64,000 bases of DNA from Azolla caroliniana (taxonomy: Eukaryota; Plantae; Polypodiophyta): the NCBI GenBank assembly GCA_043228905.1, contig JBHGNT010000020.1, positions 13,950,001 to 14,014,000 on the forward strand. Reading direction: 5' to 3'. Made by a program: the position numbers and the translations under genes. This document shows positions 14,401-27,500 of the stretch, in pieces; within the stretch, counting starts at the first letter, position 1; every line of letters starts with the position of its first letter. The notes beneath the pieces were generated by a model. That model was not told the DNA's origin. It saw nothing but the letters and a program-made list of their open reading frames with translations, and ran no database searches.

Positions 14401-17400
14401 TGTGTGCAAACTATGTTCTAAATACATGTCCCACAAAATCACTTAACACTATCACTCCATACGAGGCTTGGAATGGTCGCACACCAAATGTTGATCACAT
14501 GGGAATATTTGGAAGCTTGGCTTATGCATTAGTGCAACTACAACAGCACCATAAGCTACAAGACAAAGCAAAAAAACAAAGTGCATTTCTGTTGGCTACA
14601 GCAGGGATATCATATTTGCTGAAAATGCAGATCAACCATTTGTGGATTGCTCCAAAGAGCCAATTCTTGATCAACCAAATGTATTTGATACTTTATTACT
14701 ATTGCTCCAATGCTGTGTTTGAAGGCGATCAATTAACCCAACCTCGTGGAGGTAATGTGCAGGTTTTGCTATCAGCAACACCATGCTCCAAAACAGAGAT
14801 GTAGCACATCCAAACAATGCACAAATTGATCTCTTGCAACAGCCCATTGTGGTTAAAAATGAGCAACCAAAGATTGCAGATATTATAGGTCATTAATCAA
14901 CATGATGTGACATGGAATTGGAGGAAGAACAAGCCTCTTCTAAGCAAGCAAAAACAATCCCTAAATGGCTGCTTAACACCATTATGGACATCAAACTCAC
15001 ATTTCCTCTTCAAGGTAAAACCCAGTCAGTCAATCAGCAAGCTGAACTGCATTATGTGCATCATGATCTTATCGCTGAAATTTGCACTGAGGAGTCACTC
15101 TCTCTTGAGGATGCATTAGCACATGACCATTGGGTTGAAGCCATGAAAACAGAACTTGAGTCCATCTATAGGAACAACACTCGGGAGTTATGTGATCTAC
15201 CTAAAGGTAGAAAAGCAATTGCCACCAAGTGGAGTTACATAGTCACGCATAATGTGGATGGCAGCCTTGATTATTTCAAAGCAAGACTTGTATCAAAAGG
15301 CTGTTCCCAAAAAGAGGGAATCGAATATGAAGAAACCTTCGCCCCCACTTCAAGGATGGCTATAAGCAGAGTTAGTCTAAGATCCCTGCATTTTTTACAA
15401 ATGGTATCAGAGCCAGTTGGTTATTGATTATTTGCAGTATACAACTAGACATGACATTTCACCCAACTAATACGGCAAAACAAAGAAAGCCCCGTTTCTT
15501 TAATGATGGATTGCCATGCTTTACCTTTCTAGTTTTTCCATGCTTCATGGAAACAGTTTTACTCATAGTCACACAATTCACAATAGCGTTGTCGACATTC
15601 TTTCCATGGGTCAGAATTGTGATTTATTCTACATAAACACAGATGACATAGATAGCATGTACATGAACACATGCAAAATATCATGGTGGAAAGACCAAAG
15701 GAAAATGTTTTCCATAATATTTAGACGCTTAAGAAACAGTGGGGAATCTGTTTGTATATTGTTTCAAGCAAGTTGTGGATGAGTAAAACATATACATTCA
15801 GAATTTTTGTTGTGGTACCAAAATACTAAGCACGTTGTAAAAAACATCAATATTTTATTCTCCCTACTATAAGTGCATCCCTTCTAGATGTGACTAAATT
15901 ATTTGTCAATTAATCTGAATAAACTTTTCTGCCATTGGGATCCTAGTTTTGTTTCATCATACAATCAATGCAGCATAAGTGTTGGAATATCATTTAATCC
16001 ATACTGCTTAAGCTTTAGTTTTCCAAGATTCATACAGCTTGAGTTGTTGGTGTAGGTACATAACCACTAATGAATAGACTTCCAAGTAGATTCTAACAAA
16101 GAAATTAGGAGTAAAGCTTATACCAAGAGTCCACTCACCTGAGAGAGACTAGAGATATGGCCAATCTAATGTTAGCCTAAGAGAGATGGACACAGTAATG
16201 GAATCCTCGAGCCCAAGTGCCCATATGCAGAATACACAAAATAGGCCCAGGAATTCCATTTTGTAAGAGTTTTAAGAAAATGTCAACTATGGTCCATTGA
16301 TGGATAAGCAATGGGCAGAGGCATCCATTTGTGTTTAGGATTGTGATGAGACCGCAATATGCTGCTTAACAGTAGCATTAAGTTTACATTCATCACCAAA
16401 TCACTGACCTATAGTAAGGAGCTCATGGACTAAGGCTTTAAGAATGGAAATGAACATAGAATTGAGGAATCTATGTTGATGACAAAGAGAATATACATAT
16501 TTTATATTCAAGATTCAACTTCTTACAAACATTACTTAAGAAGTGTAACATAGCATCATTTTCCTCACACTAGAGATGACCATCAGCATATGACATGGTG
16601 CAACACAATGGCAGCATACATTGTTAAAATTAGCCATAGGTAAACGTAAAAAGGAGTGAAATACCTTGGGTCAAATTCTTTCACTTCCGTAAGAGTTTTG
16701 CCATGGTTGTCCATCCACTTTATAGATCTTCGCTCGATAAATTGTGCATTAGTAGTCTGAATGTCTTCATCGTTTGTCAATTTGGTGCCATCTTCCACAA
16801 CACCTGTCTTGACGCTTGGACATTTCAGATTACTTTTCAATGGGACACCAATTTTCACTATTGAAGAATCATTACACCGATCCGAAGCTTCAAATGGATG
16901 AAATGGTTCTCGAGGAGGTGTAGGAGGAAGAGGAAGCGGCTCGGAAACCATACGTGTTGAAATAGCATCCCCTTGCAAACAACAAGAAGGATGAATGGAT
17001 TCCACCTTATAGGCGGTGGCTTCTTGACCAGATGCTGTGCATATGCAGCACAAGTAAGAAGCACACCGGGAATCGATGATATTTGGGGATGCCAGCTGAG
17101 AATTACTTCACAAACCGGAGGAACAAATTTCTCCTCCTTTACAAGTTCTTGCATTCAGTGTATCTTTAAATCCTTAAATATCCATAAGATTGTCATTGTT
17201 TTGCATCATCCACAACATTGGAAAGAGTTAAATCATCCACAATGTCCAATTATTGATTGCATCATAGCAGACTACAATCTCAGATTTGTATTAAATCTGG
17301 TTTATGAAGTTGATCTCTATTCCTTAATAGAGTGTGCCTTTCACTTCATTATTACTCCAAAATAAGAAGCATAATCCATGATGAAAAGACAAAATTTTCA

Positions 17401-17424
17401 CCATACCAGGTGCTTTTTGTGCAT
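8461..17424 (-). CDS. Plant uncharacterised protein with W.D..G..L.EV.EF.PS motif and C-terminal CaaX (At1g22790/At1g34010-like)
   Basis: Main exon 17095-16665 (LASPNIIDSRCASYLCC...PLKSNLK...RRSIKWMDNHGKTLTEVKEFDP) splices in phase to exon 8527-8461 (SDSDESENENEEFFSACTCVIQ*). The first coding exon 17424-17407 (MHKKHL) is tentative. Confidence 0.8.
10050..10530 (-). mobile_element. Degenerate non-LTR retrotransposon (RTE-like) 3' fragment
   Basis: LFNPMVVQVLLYGVEVWDG...WNEIEKIQKLF resembles a post-RT LINE region; the frame is broken. Confidence 0.7.
10540..11450 (+). mobile_element. Degenerate non-LTR retrotransposon (RTE-like) fragment, opposite orientation
   Basis: Remnant RT motif near 10610-10655 (IGV..G.PLSPTLF-like), and ETGSLPIEIMAMERVVEYMIKVQK at ~10865-10935. 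Confidence 0.6.
11724..11957. repeat. ~116 bp tandem duplication at the Copia 5' LTR region
   Basis: TCTCTTAAGACAAC...AACATGACTATTTTTATC occurs twice with a few mismatches. Confidence 0.9.
11740..15414 (+). mobile_element. Decayed Ty1/Copia LTR retrotransposon inside a gene intron, truncated within RT
   Basis: PBS TGGTATTAGAG at 12174-12184, gag knuckle (CHKLSHDISEC), protease (WHFDSGASKH), integrase (TPYTPQQNGLAERK) and RT start (KARLVSKG.SQKEGIEYEETFAP). Many stops and frameshifts; the left boundary is approximate. Confidence 0.9.
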
Positions 17425-18713
17425 TGACAAAACAGTAACAAGCAACAACCATCTGAATAAGGCTAAACTGCAGTTTCTGTAGGTGATGAGGACGGATATC
17501 TTCTTCTTATGAGCTCAGAGAGATGGTCAATTTCAACTAATTCTGTATCTGCAGTAATATACAAGTTTCTTCTTAATCTGAACTAAATAGCGGCAAAAAA
17601 CAAATTGGTTTCAACTACTTTGTTTTAGCAGTCAAGAAGATGAGCTTCTTCTTATCTGTTTAATTAGAGCACTGGCAAACATACAATTTTGGGTAATTAT
17701 TTTTCAATGGAGGGGGAAGATGAACTCCATCTCCTAAACTGAGCAAAACGACCATGAAATAACAAGGTGTTTCTTTCAAGTAGTTATGTTTCCACAGTAG
17801 TAGAAGGCAGAACACTTCTATTTGACAATTGAAAACGAGAGATTGCAAATATTTTCGTTTCTGTGGACGTCAAAGAAGACAGATTACTTCTTATCTGACC
17901 AAAAACATCACTGGAAAACGTGTGATTTCAAGAAATTCTGTTTGTGAAGTCTGAGAGTATGAGAAAACATCTTTCTCGTTCTCTTAATAAAATAAAGAAC
18001 ACATACAGACGAGTGATTTTGAGTACTTTTATTTCTGTCGTAGAAGAAGACAACTTTTTTCATATTTGCGCAAAAAGAATCACTGTAAAGAGAAATTTAA
18101 AGTACTTCTAATTCCGTGGGAGAAGACAATTTTATATTTCTTTTGTGAACAAAAGGAGCACGAGAAAACAAGAAATCCGAGTACATTTTTGCTACTGCAG
18201 TAGGGGAAGGAGAATTTCTTGGTATTTTCTGAGAAAAGATGATAATGGAAGAAACAAGCAATCTCCAGTAAATTTTACAAGTGAAAGGAGGAGGAAAGAA
18301 GGAAAGAAGAGAAAAATGACAAGGAAAAAGGAAACAGAGATTGCGATGAGGACCTGCAAGGGCACGAATAATGAGGAAAGGTCCGCGCGCGTGCTTGGCC
18401 TTGTTCTGCAGTCTGATAACTCGGAAACTGTCTAGGGTTAGGGTTATGGCGATGGCGATGGCGATGGCGATGGCTGTGCAGACAGAAGAATGCCACGACA
18501 AACAGACGAAGAAGAAGTGATCACGGTTTCCTCACGTGAGTATAAAATGGCGTTTTCTCACATTTTCTTTTACTTTTGTTTATCTGTTTATTCGTATTTG
18601 CAAAAATGATCTAATCAATAGACATTATTTACATGCTTTCTATTTGTTATTTCTAGATACATGTACCTTTTTATGTGGTTGTTTAAAAATAATTCATAAG
18701 AATAATTATTTTT

Positions 18714-18760
18714 ATGGTGTATGGTGTATGGTGTATGGCGTATGGCATATGGTGTATGTA

Positions 18761-18802
<42 letters not shown>
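18714..18802. repeat. (TGGTGTA)n/(TGTATG)n simple repeat
   Basis: Directly visible. Confidence 0.95.
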
Positions 18803-18803
<1 letters not shown>

Positions 18804-19809
18804 CAATATGGCTATGTGTGTGCATTGTCTTCGTATCCTCAACAATTCTTCTTGACAAGTTTGTTCACATTCCTTGTCAAACTTCAAAATAATAAGAGTG
18901 AACTTATGTGGATACCGCCAAAGTTTTTATTCTCTTACGAGTTCCATGGCATTCTTCGTTGTCTCCTATAATTTTTCGGTTTGTAAATACATTTATTTAG
19001 TCATGCAAACTCGGAAATTTGAACAACTTTTAACTAGGTGAGAAGTCACCTTTTTCGCTCACCCCACTGAGTGCTCATGAAGGGGGAGCATCTCCCTTTC
19101 TAAAATCAGTGTGAAGCCAACAACCTTGGGATCAACCTCAAATCACCATTGAAAATCATAAAGTTATTATATTTAATAATCCTAGATTGGGCTTCCTTTC
19201 CGTGTTTGTGTGTAACCTTATGGTCTTATTTTACATCTACGTAAATCTTATTATTTTACTTAATGCATCATCAATTTGACTAACGCTTTGTCTTGATGGA
19301 TCACGATGTGACCATTCACAAGTTAAAGCTATTCAACTCAAATTTCTAGACAATGTACCATATATTTTGCAATGACTTTTTGGCTTAGTTACAATGTTGC
19401 AATCTTATCTTTTAACAATGGGAATCATATCTATGGCTCATCTAGGAGATCATGATTCATAACCCATATAAATGATCACGATGTTTGTCTTCATCAGCTA
19501 AGATAGGGCCAACCTACCCTATGATGTATTCATTCATTCGAGTTCTTTAGTTTTCCCTATCTTAAAATAGTGGGTACATTTTTGCCTTTTTGCAAAGTCA
19601 TGTGTGAAGATTGGGGGATGAAAGGACAAAGTTTAAAGGAAAAAGGGAATACATTAGGCAAAGGTTTTAGTTAAAATTATACCCTTATATAAGCCCAAAC
19701 ACTATACACCCCACTTAAATGCAACCCAAACTATATGTAGATCCTTGGCTAACTTATGCCTTCACTCTAGAAAGAAAGAAAGAAGAAAGAAATATATATT
19801 AACGTCTTC

Positions 19810-20130
19810 TAGGACCAAAATTGGCCCTTCACTTGAGAATGTGTATGGACACTACATTGTCCGCCAAGGAAGGATTCTTGATAAAAAAATAGAGAAAGTG
19901 AAGGAAAGCATATTTTAGGACCAAAATTGGCCCTTCACTTGAGAATGTGTATAAACACTACATTGTCCACCAAGGAAGGATTCTTGATAAAAAAAGTAGA
20001 GAAAGTGAAGGAAAGCATATACTCTAATATGTGATATGAAAACAAAATACTCATTAAATGGACATGACCCTTCACTTGAGAATGTGTATAGACACTACAT
20101 TGTCCACCAAGGAAGGATTCTTGATCAAAA
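19810..20130. repeat. ~107 bp tandem repeat, two full copies plus one partial
   Basis: CCCTTCACTTGAGAATGTGTAT.GACACTACATTGTCC.CCAAGGAAGGATTCTTGAT at ~19825, ~19931 and ~20068. Confidence 0.9.
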
Positions 20131-20923
20131 ATAAAGGGAAATCCAAACTAAACCCACCTTATCTAAACAAGGCAAACTTCAAATTGGACAACTAGGATCA
20201 TATCATCCACATTCATCACAATGATTATTATATGCTCACGACAACATTTATTACAACACCTCTTGTATCACATCCATCCATATACTCTATTTGAACAATG
20301 GATGTGTGCTTCCAAATACTCACATGGATCTATTCACAACTTCAAGATTTTTCGACATTCAACTTACGAATTTTGATAACTTAAAGCCCAATGGATATTC
20401 CACAACATACCTCCTCCTTGGGATTTCGACATTCAATTGATATCTTTGCCAGTTCTGAGCTATAAGCACTACCAGAACCACCCAAAATTTTTAGACCATT
20501 ATGATTGGATCAAATTATTTGGCCAAATCTATGACCTTTTCCTACATGTTTTTGCTATTATCCTTGCTTCGTATCATTTTTCCACATATCATTACCTTGT
20601 ACTTAATCTTCCAAACTCACTTTGTCTCAACGATTTTCTTGTCTAGTTTATCAACTAGGACCTGATTTTGAAGTATTTAAAATACCCTTTTAACAACATA
20701 TTAGCATTAGTATGAACGAGACAATTTTGAAGGGAAGGAAAAAGGGGCAAGAGGCACATATCTCAAAGACACCATATTGTGAAAGGGGCCAACTAATAAA
20801 ACACGCTAAATGTTATGGCATCAAATATAGAGACATACATGTAACGTATGCAAGCAAGAGCTAGTAGAGGATGAACATCACTTGTTTTTTACATGCTCAA
20901 CAAATAGTGCAATTTGTGAAAAC

Positions 20924-21429
20924 TAACAATAGGCTTGGTTCGGTTTCCGTTCTGAGCCGAATTGAACAAAACGATTTATATAAAACAAAAACAAAACAAA
21001 ACCAAGCCATTTATGAAGTCTCAAGCCATTAAAACCAAATTATTTAAGAAAAGGTAAACCAAACCATTTATTTAAAGCAAACTTGTTAGGAAAAAGTTAA
21101 AATCAAACCAAACTATTTAATAAAAAACTCAAACCTAGCTATTTAAGTCAAACTAAATAAACAAAAATACACTAAATTAAATAAGCATTTAAGTTAAAAT
21201 TAATTAAGCCAATAAAAAAGTATTAGTTAAACCATTAAATTAATAAATCATTAAGGGCCAAAAACCAATAAACCTTTAAACCAAACCACTTAAACGTATA
21301 AACTGATAGACCTGGGTTTTAGAACTGAACCGAACCGTTTATTAATAATCCAAACCATTTAATATTCAAGAACCGATAAACCATTAAACCATGGCTTAAT
21401 GGTTTGAGCCAAAACCAGGGCCATAGCTA
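20924..21429. mobile_element. Non-autonomous hAT-type MITE (AACCG-rich family), older copy
   Basis: TSD GTGAAAAC (20916-20923) / GTGAAAGC (21430-21437), imperfect TIR starting TAACAATAGGC, and many AAACC/AACCG subterminal motifs. Confidence 0.7.
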
Positions 21430-22617
21430 GTGAAAGCTCCTATGTGTATGCCTTATCCATACATCGATACTTTGTGCATCGAGTGTGAATACCCCTTCTT
21501 AGGAAGGAGATGACCGTGAAGAAAAGTGATGTACTTTATGGGTCCATAATAGCCTCTCTATGAACGTTAAAAAAATATACTAGAATATCACACACACAAA
21601 CATTCATTAATCTTTGATCCTCACCCTGAGTTAAAGTTCAAACTATAAATTCTTATTGTAGGTATTCAAGCTCCATCATATATTGAGTGCGGTTGGCTTT
21701 AATTGATAGATAAGTGTGTGTTGTGATAAAGATTGCTAATGTCTTCATTCATTAATTAATTTTAATTAGTTTGAGAATATGGGTTGAATCATTTGCCAAA
21801 CACATTTTATTAATTAAGGTATTAGAGTTAGTGTGAGAATATGGTTTGTTGGGTGTTCCAAATTCACGTTTTCAATATGCTTAGAGTGGTTGACAACCTC
21901 TCTTGCCCATCTTACCAACAAGACGATGTTACCTCACTTGATCTTGTAGCAAGAAGTTGGTATATTCGGAAATTCATCAATAAGTAAATGTATTCACTGA
22001 TACTTCGTCAAATTAGCCTTTATTGAAAAGGTAATAAATAATTTTGTTCAAAATAGAAAGAAGGTTATGGCTTAACAAAATATTTGACAAGTTTTTACCA
22101 TTTACCTAACCATTATGGCTCCAAATATAAAATATATAGCATAGATGCTTCATATATCTCTCCCACCCCAATTTTAGCTTCGCAATATATGAGTGTGTCT
22201 AAATTTGTCCTCTTTCGTTTTTAGCATTTTTCATCAATATATGCAAATATGTGTTATATACCGTTTAAGCAAATATTATGGTAAAGTTAATATGTGGTGT
22301 GATTCCAATTTCATACATGTGCAATATTTAAGCACAATATCTGAGATAAGTGACACAAATCCATTGTTACAGAGATCCATGTGTGCTTGTGAAATTGAGC
22401 GAAACCACTAGAGTCTTGAACGAAGGAAGAACGGGGTTGAAGATGTTGATGTTAGTCTTTTTCATAGTCGGATGTTGAAGATGGTTCAAAAGCTCACTTG
22501 ATTTTTACTCTCTGTTAGCATGTGCAGGGAACACGTGGAACTTTCCCTAGAGAACATGTGTGCAGATGGGTGGTTAAGTGTGAGTTCCCTTATTTTAGAG
22601 TATGTTTATATGGTAAT

Positions 22618-23008
22618 TAATAGTCGGCAATGGTTTGGTTTTGGGGTGAACGGTTTGGTTCGGTTTCAACTGTTAGAAATTGTAGTTTAAATGGTTTAAT
22701 AGTTTAAAAAAAAAACAGTTTTTTTAATTAAAAGCTTTTCTTTTTTAAGTTTGATTCTCACATTTTAGGAAAATCTGTAAAATTTTGAAAAATTAAAATT
22801 AAAAATAATGAAACATTTAAAAATTTTAAAATTGAATTTTGACCTAAGTTGAAAACTGAAACATGAAATTGCGGTTTTAATGACTCGGTTTAAATGGTTT
22901 CGTGATTTGGTTTGGTTTAGTTCAAGTTTCAAACATTTTAAATGGTTCAGTTTCAAACCGATTCAATTTTGACACTCTCAAACCGAACTGAACCATTGCC
23001 AATGGTTA
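22618..23008. mobile_element. Non-autonomous hAT-type MITE (AACCG-rich family)
   Basis: Perfect 8-bp TSD ATGGTAAT (22610-22617, 23009-23016). TIRs TAATAGTCGGCAATGGTT / AACCATTGCCAATGGTTA. Confidence 0.9.
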
Positions 23009-24213
23009 ATGGTAATAGTGTGTGAGAATGTGTGTACCCAAGAAGGTGCATAAATGTGTGTTCGTGTGTGATAGTCATGTTTGTGTGTTGTGTGAGTGCA
23101 CACTTATGATATACAATATTGATCTTAACTTGTGTGTTATATACATAGGTACCAATGTGTGGGGAAATTTGTATACGTTTGTGTGTAAATGTGCTACTGT
23201 GGTAATGCATGCCTTTGTTGGTGAATTTATACACACATATACATGCATATGTATATTACAACTACTAGTGTGTGTATGATATAGGCAAAGCACAATAAAA
23301 TTCACGATTTTTTTTCCCATTTTTAACCACATTTAGTTTTCTTTTTACTCTTCAATTTGATTTTTTATGTTATTTATTCTTCTTGTTGTTGTTATTCTAC
23401 CTTTCACTTACTCCTACTTTACACCCATCTCAGTTAACTAATTATTTATATTCTTTTACACCCACATTTTCCATTTATTCCTTGACTCCAACCTCACTTT
23501 CTTCCTTCTGTCATTTCGATTATCCAAATGTTGTACTTCGATCTATCTTATTTACGACTCATCAAACATTACTTGATGCTTAGGTGAATTTCGAAGTGTA
23601 ACGATGTCTCTTACTTCAATGTGCGTTGACTTGATGAAATGCTTTATGGATATCAACTGAAAGGGGATGGTGGTTGTGTGATGAAGATGAGGTTCATATT
23701 GTGGGAATGTCACACTTTTAGTGTATAGAATGGTAAGCAATGTGTGATCATGGCATGTTTAGGATGTTACGGTGATTATTCTTATAAAGTAGAGTTTGAG
23801 GGTGGTGTTATAGAGTCTATAATTGAAGACAATGGAAGAGACATTGTAATACCCGAGGAAGAAGAAAAATGAAGATGAGGAAATTTCTTACATGGCTCAT
23901 CAAAGGTGATTATAAACATTGGCTCATAGTTGTGCAAAGAAAGAACCAATGTTATGTACTAACCTCAACTACATCAATTCATCGAACTTACATAGGATCC
24001 TACAATCTCACTAAATGGATTCTCCAGTTTGTTTACATATTAATGCAAAACAATCACAACCATTTCATGGATTTTAGCAAAGACTTTGAGCTCAAAACAT
24101 GCCATGCAATACTCAAATATTAAAGAGTTATCACTTACACTGCAAAAGCATTCGCCATATGACACATGGCCTAAACAACATCAAGTTCTCTCCAATAACT
24201 CATGTACTCAACC

Positions 24214-24539
24214 TATTAAGAGTCTATTACTAATCAATAGACCAAAATAAAGGAAAAAGAAGGAAAATAGATTGGATAGAGGAACCCGTTCCACTTGATC
24301 ACCCCCGAGCTATGATTTAGACATAGCTAACCTACCACCGACATCCCATACCGCCAGATATTAGGATGACTAATACCTTGGAAGAGATAACATGATCGTT
24401 GAGACGAAAGCCTAGCCCACACCACTAGTGTCTAAGACAACAGCCTTTCGACGTAATGTGCTTATGAGGGTAGTTAAGCCTTGTAAAGAATCAAGAGATG
24501 GATTCTTGTGAAGTGGAAGAGATATGAGTTATGTGTGTG

Positions 24540-24581
<42 letters not shown>

Positions 24582-27500
24582 TGTGTGTGTGAGAGAGTGA
24601 GAGTGAGAGTGAAACGCAAAGAATACGCAAGGTAAAAGTATATTAACAAAGGAGAAAGACTCAACACAATACAAGGTGGGAGGAGGGTGCTTTATATAGT
24701 CACCCTCTCTCTTCATTAACTATAAGGCTCATGGAGCATGGGGAATGTGAAAGCTCATAAGTTATGTGTCATAGAATATGATTCTATGACTCATACTAAA
24801 TGCTAGAATACAAAGAGGTGACTTAATGGTGACTCTTGACCGTTGGAGTGTCTATTCACTCTCAAGGTGAGTTCACACACTAGACCAAGTTGAGCTTGAT
24901 TCTCAACAAGCCTCATATTTATACCTTTTCTTAGGCCCCTTCAATAGATGTGCCTTTCTGAAAGGCTCTCCATTCATTGGTTGTCCAAATCATGATAGTG
25001 CATGCAACTATCATTCCTTCTATCCAATCACATTAATTCCCTTTTTAACATTAGTGAACATACCCTTCACTTATGTAAATATTAGTGACTTATCCTCACC
25101 CACGTTATGTATATATAACATACTCCCATACTTCAAAAGATTGCACTCATGCAATATAAAGTGAGGAAATTGTGCCTTAAGAGTATGCTCGTGTTCCCAT
25201 GTGGCATCATCAATAGGTTTATCCATCCATTTGATCTTGAATAGCCAAATCTCTTTAGAACGTAAACGTTTAGTACAAGAATCAACAATTCGTTCAGGAA
25301 CATGAGGTTTGTAAGAAAAATTCTCTAATGTTACAAGATCTTGGATTGGGATGGTGTTATCACCCGAGCCTAAAAATGGTTTTAAATGACTGATGTGAAA
25401 AACGGGATGAATACCAACGTTACGGGGTAAGGCAAGGTGATAAGCAGATGACCCAACTCGCTTAAGGATTTCAAATGGGCCACAATATCGTGGGGCTAAC
25501 TTAGTGCACTTGCCTGTAGACAATGACGTAGAGTCACGCCAATTTTTTTTTTGACCAATAGTAAATGCACGAGGATGTCTATCCTTATCAACATAAAATC
25601 GAGCACGATCTTGAGCTGTCTTGACATTTTCTTTGGCAATATGCAACATTTGGTTCATGTCTTGCAAAAAATTGCGTGCACTATCTAATGTATCATGATG
25701 AATCGTGAGATTGACTAGGGCACGTGGCTGAAAACCATACATCAACATAAAGGACTATATCTAGTGGATATATGTTTAGAGTTATTATAGGACAATTCTA
25801 AGACAGGAAGGTATTACTCCCACTTAGGAGGGGTTTTTGCTACATAAGCTCGAAACCTGTCCTCAATAATTTGATTTACTCGTTCAGTTTGTCCATCAGA
25901 CTAAGAATGATCTGCGGAACTCATGCTCAACGTAGTTTCTAGTTTCTTAAAGACCTGAGTCCAAAAGTCACTAGTAAACTTGGAATCTCGATCACTAACA
26001 ATATCCATCGGTAATCCATAAAAACAAAATAACTCATCAACAAATGGATAAGTCAATTGTTGAGCGGTTACTGTGGTTTTGGTAGGAATAAATCTAGCCA
26101 ATTTTGTTAGTTAGTCAACGACAACCCAAATGGCATCGTGACCCCTCTTTGTATGAGGTAAACTAACAATAAAATCCATCGAGATACTTTCCCATTTGTT
26201 GTTGGGAATATCTAAGGGGTGTTCCGACTTATTAATCTAACATTGTAAGCATTGAGTCACATATTTATGCACGTCAGAGCGCATCTTAGGCTAGAAAAAA
26301 ATACTCGAGATGAGAACGATTGTGCGTTGTATTCCAGGATGACCAATAGATGGTGCATCATGACATTCATGAAGAATTTTCTGTTTTATGTTTGATAAAT
26401 CTAGAACACAAACCTTTCCACTACGGTAGATCAAACTATTTGTAATGTGAAAGGTCGCCTTTGAGGGTAGGGTGCTAGTAATGGCATCTAAACTAGATTT
26501 GGCTTTCGTTTAGTATTTCGAGAAATAACTGTCATCAAGGTATTTCCCTCGAAGGTGATCTAAAAGATCATATTTTATTTCCGTGAAGCTAAGCATGTTA
26601 ACTTCTTTAATGCAACTAAGAGCATCCACAATGGTGTTCATCATAGTACGTAAAATTTGTGTTCGTCTAGCATAACATTCATTTTCCTACGTTGGAAAAC
26701 GAATGCGAATGCTATTCCAACATTCTTGTGTTTTTTTTTTCCCAATTTTTAATGTTTTTTTACATTTTTTCGGCTTATTTACCTCATAATAAATAGTTAA
26801 TCTAAAAGTATGGTATTTATCATTCTTTGAGGGTGTTATTCTTTCGGGAATGATTGAAACATTCACGAATGTGAATGCACGTATGGTACGTATGGTTCAT
26901 ACTATGGTGTTCATAGAACCCTTGCGATACTGTATGGAAAAATCAAAATCTTGCATAAGGTCAGTCCAATAGCCTTTACGACCAACAAGATTTGGTTAGT
27001 CACAAAAATACTTCAAGGATTGATGGTCTGTTGTAACCACAAATTGATTTCCATAGAAATAATGCCTCTATGTTTTTAGTGCATGTAATGCCGTGAACAA
27101 CTCTTTCTCTTAAACCGAATACCGAGATTGAGTAGCATCAAGTTTTTTACTTTCAAAAGCAATAGGGTGACCGCCTTGATAAAGGACAACACCAATAGCA
27201 TAATCACTAGCATCAATTTCGATTGAGAAAGGCTTGGAAGGGTTTGGTAATAGAAGAGTTGGAGCCTGACACACATGCTCTTTGAGTGTCTCAAATGATT
27301 TGTCAAGTTGTTCATTCCATGAAATTGGTTTGACAGACTTATGTGGATGACCTTTTAAAAGGTCAGTTAATGGCGGTGTAGTCAATTTAGAATAATTACG
27401 AATTGATTTTCGTAAAATTCCAACAAATCCTAAGAATGATCGAAGTTCACGAATATTACGATCAATGGGCCAAAGTTTAACCTTTTTAATATGAGAAGGT

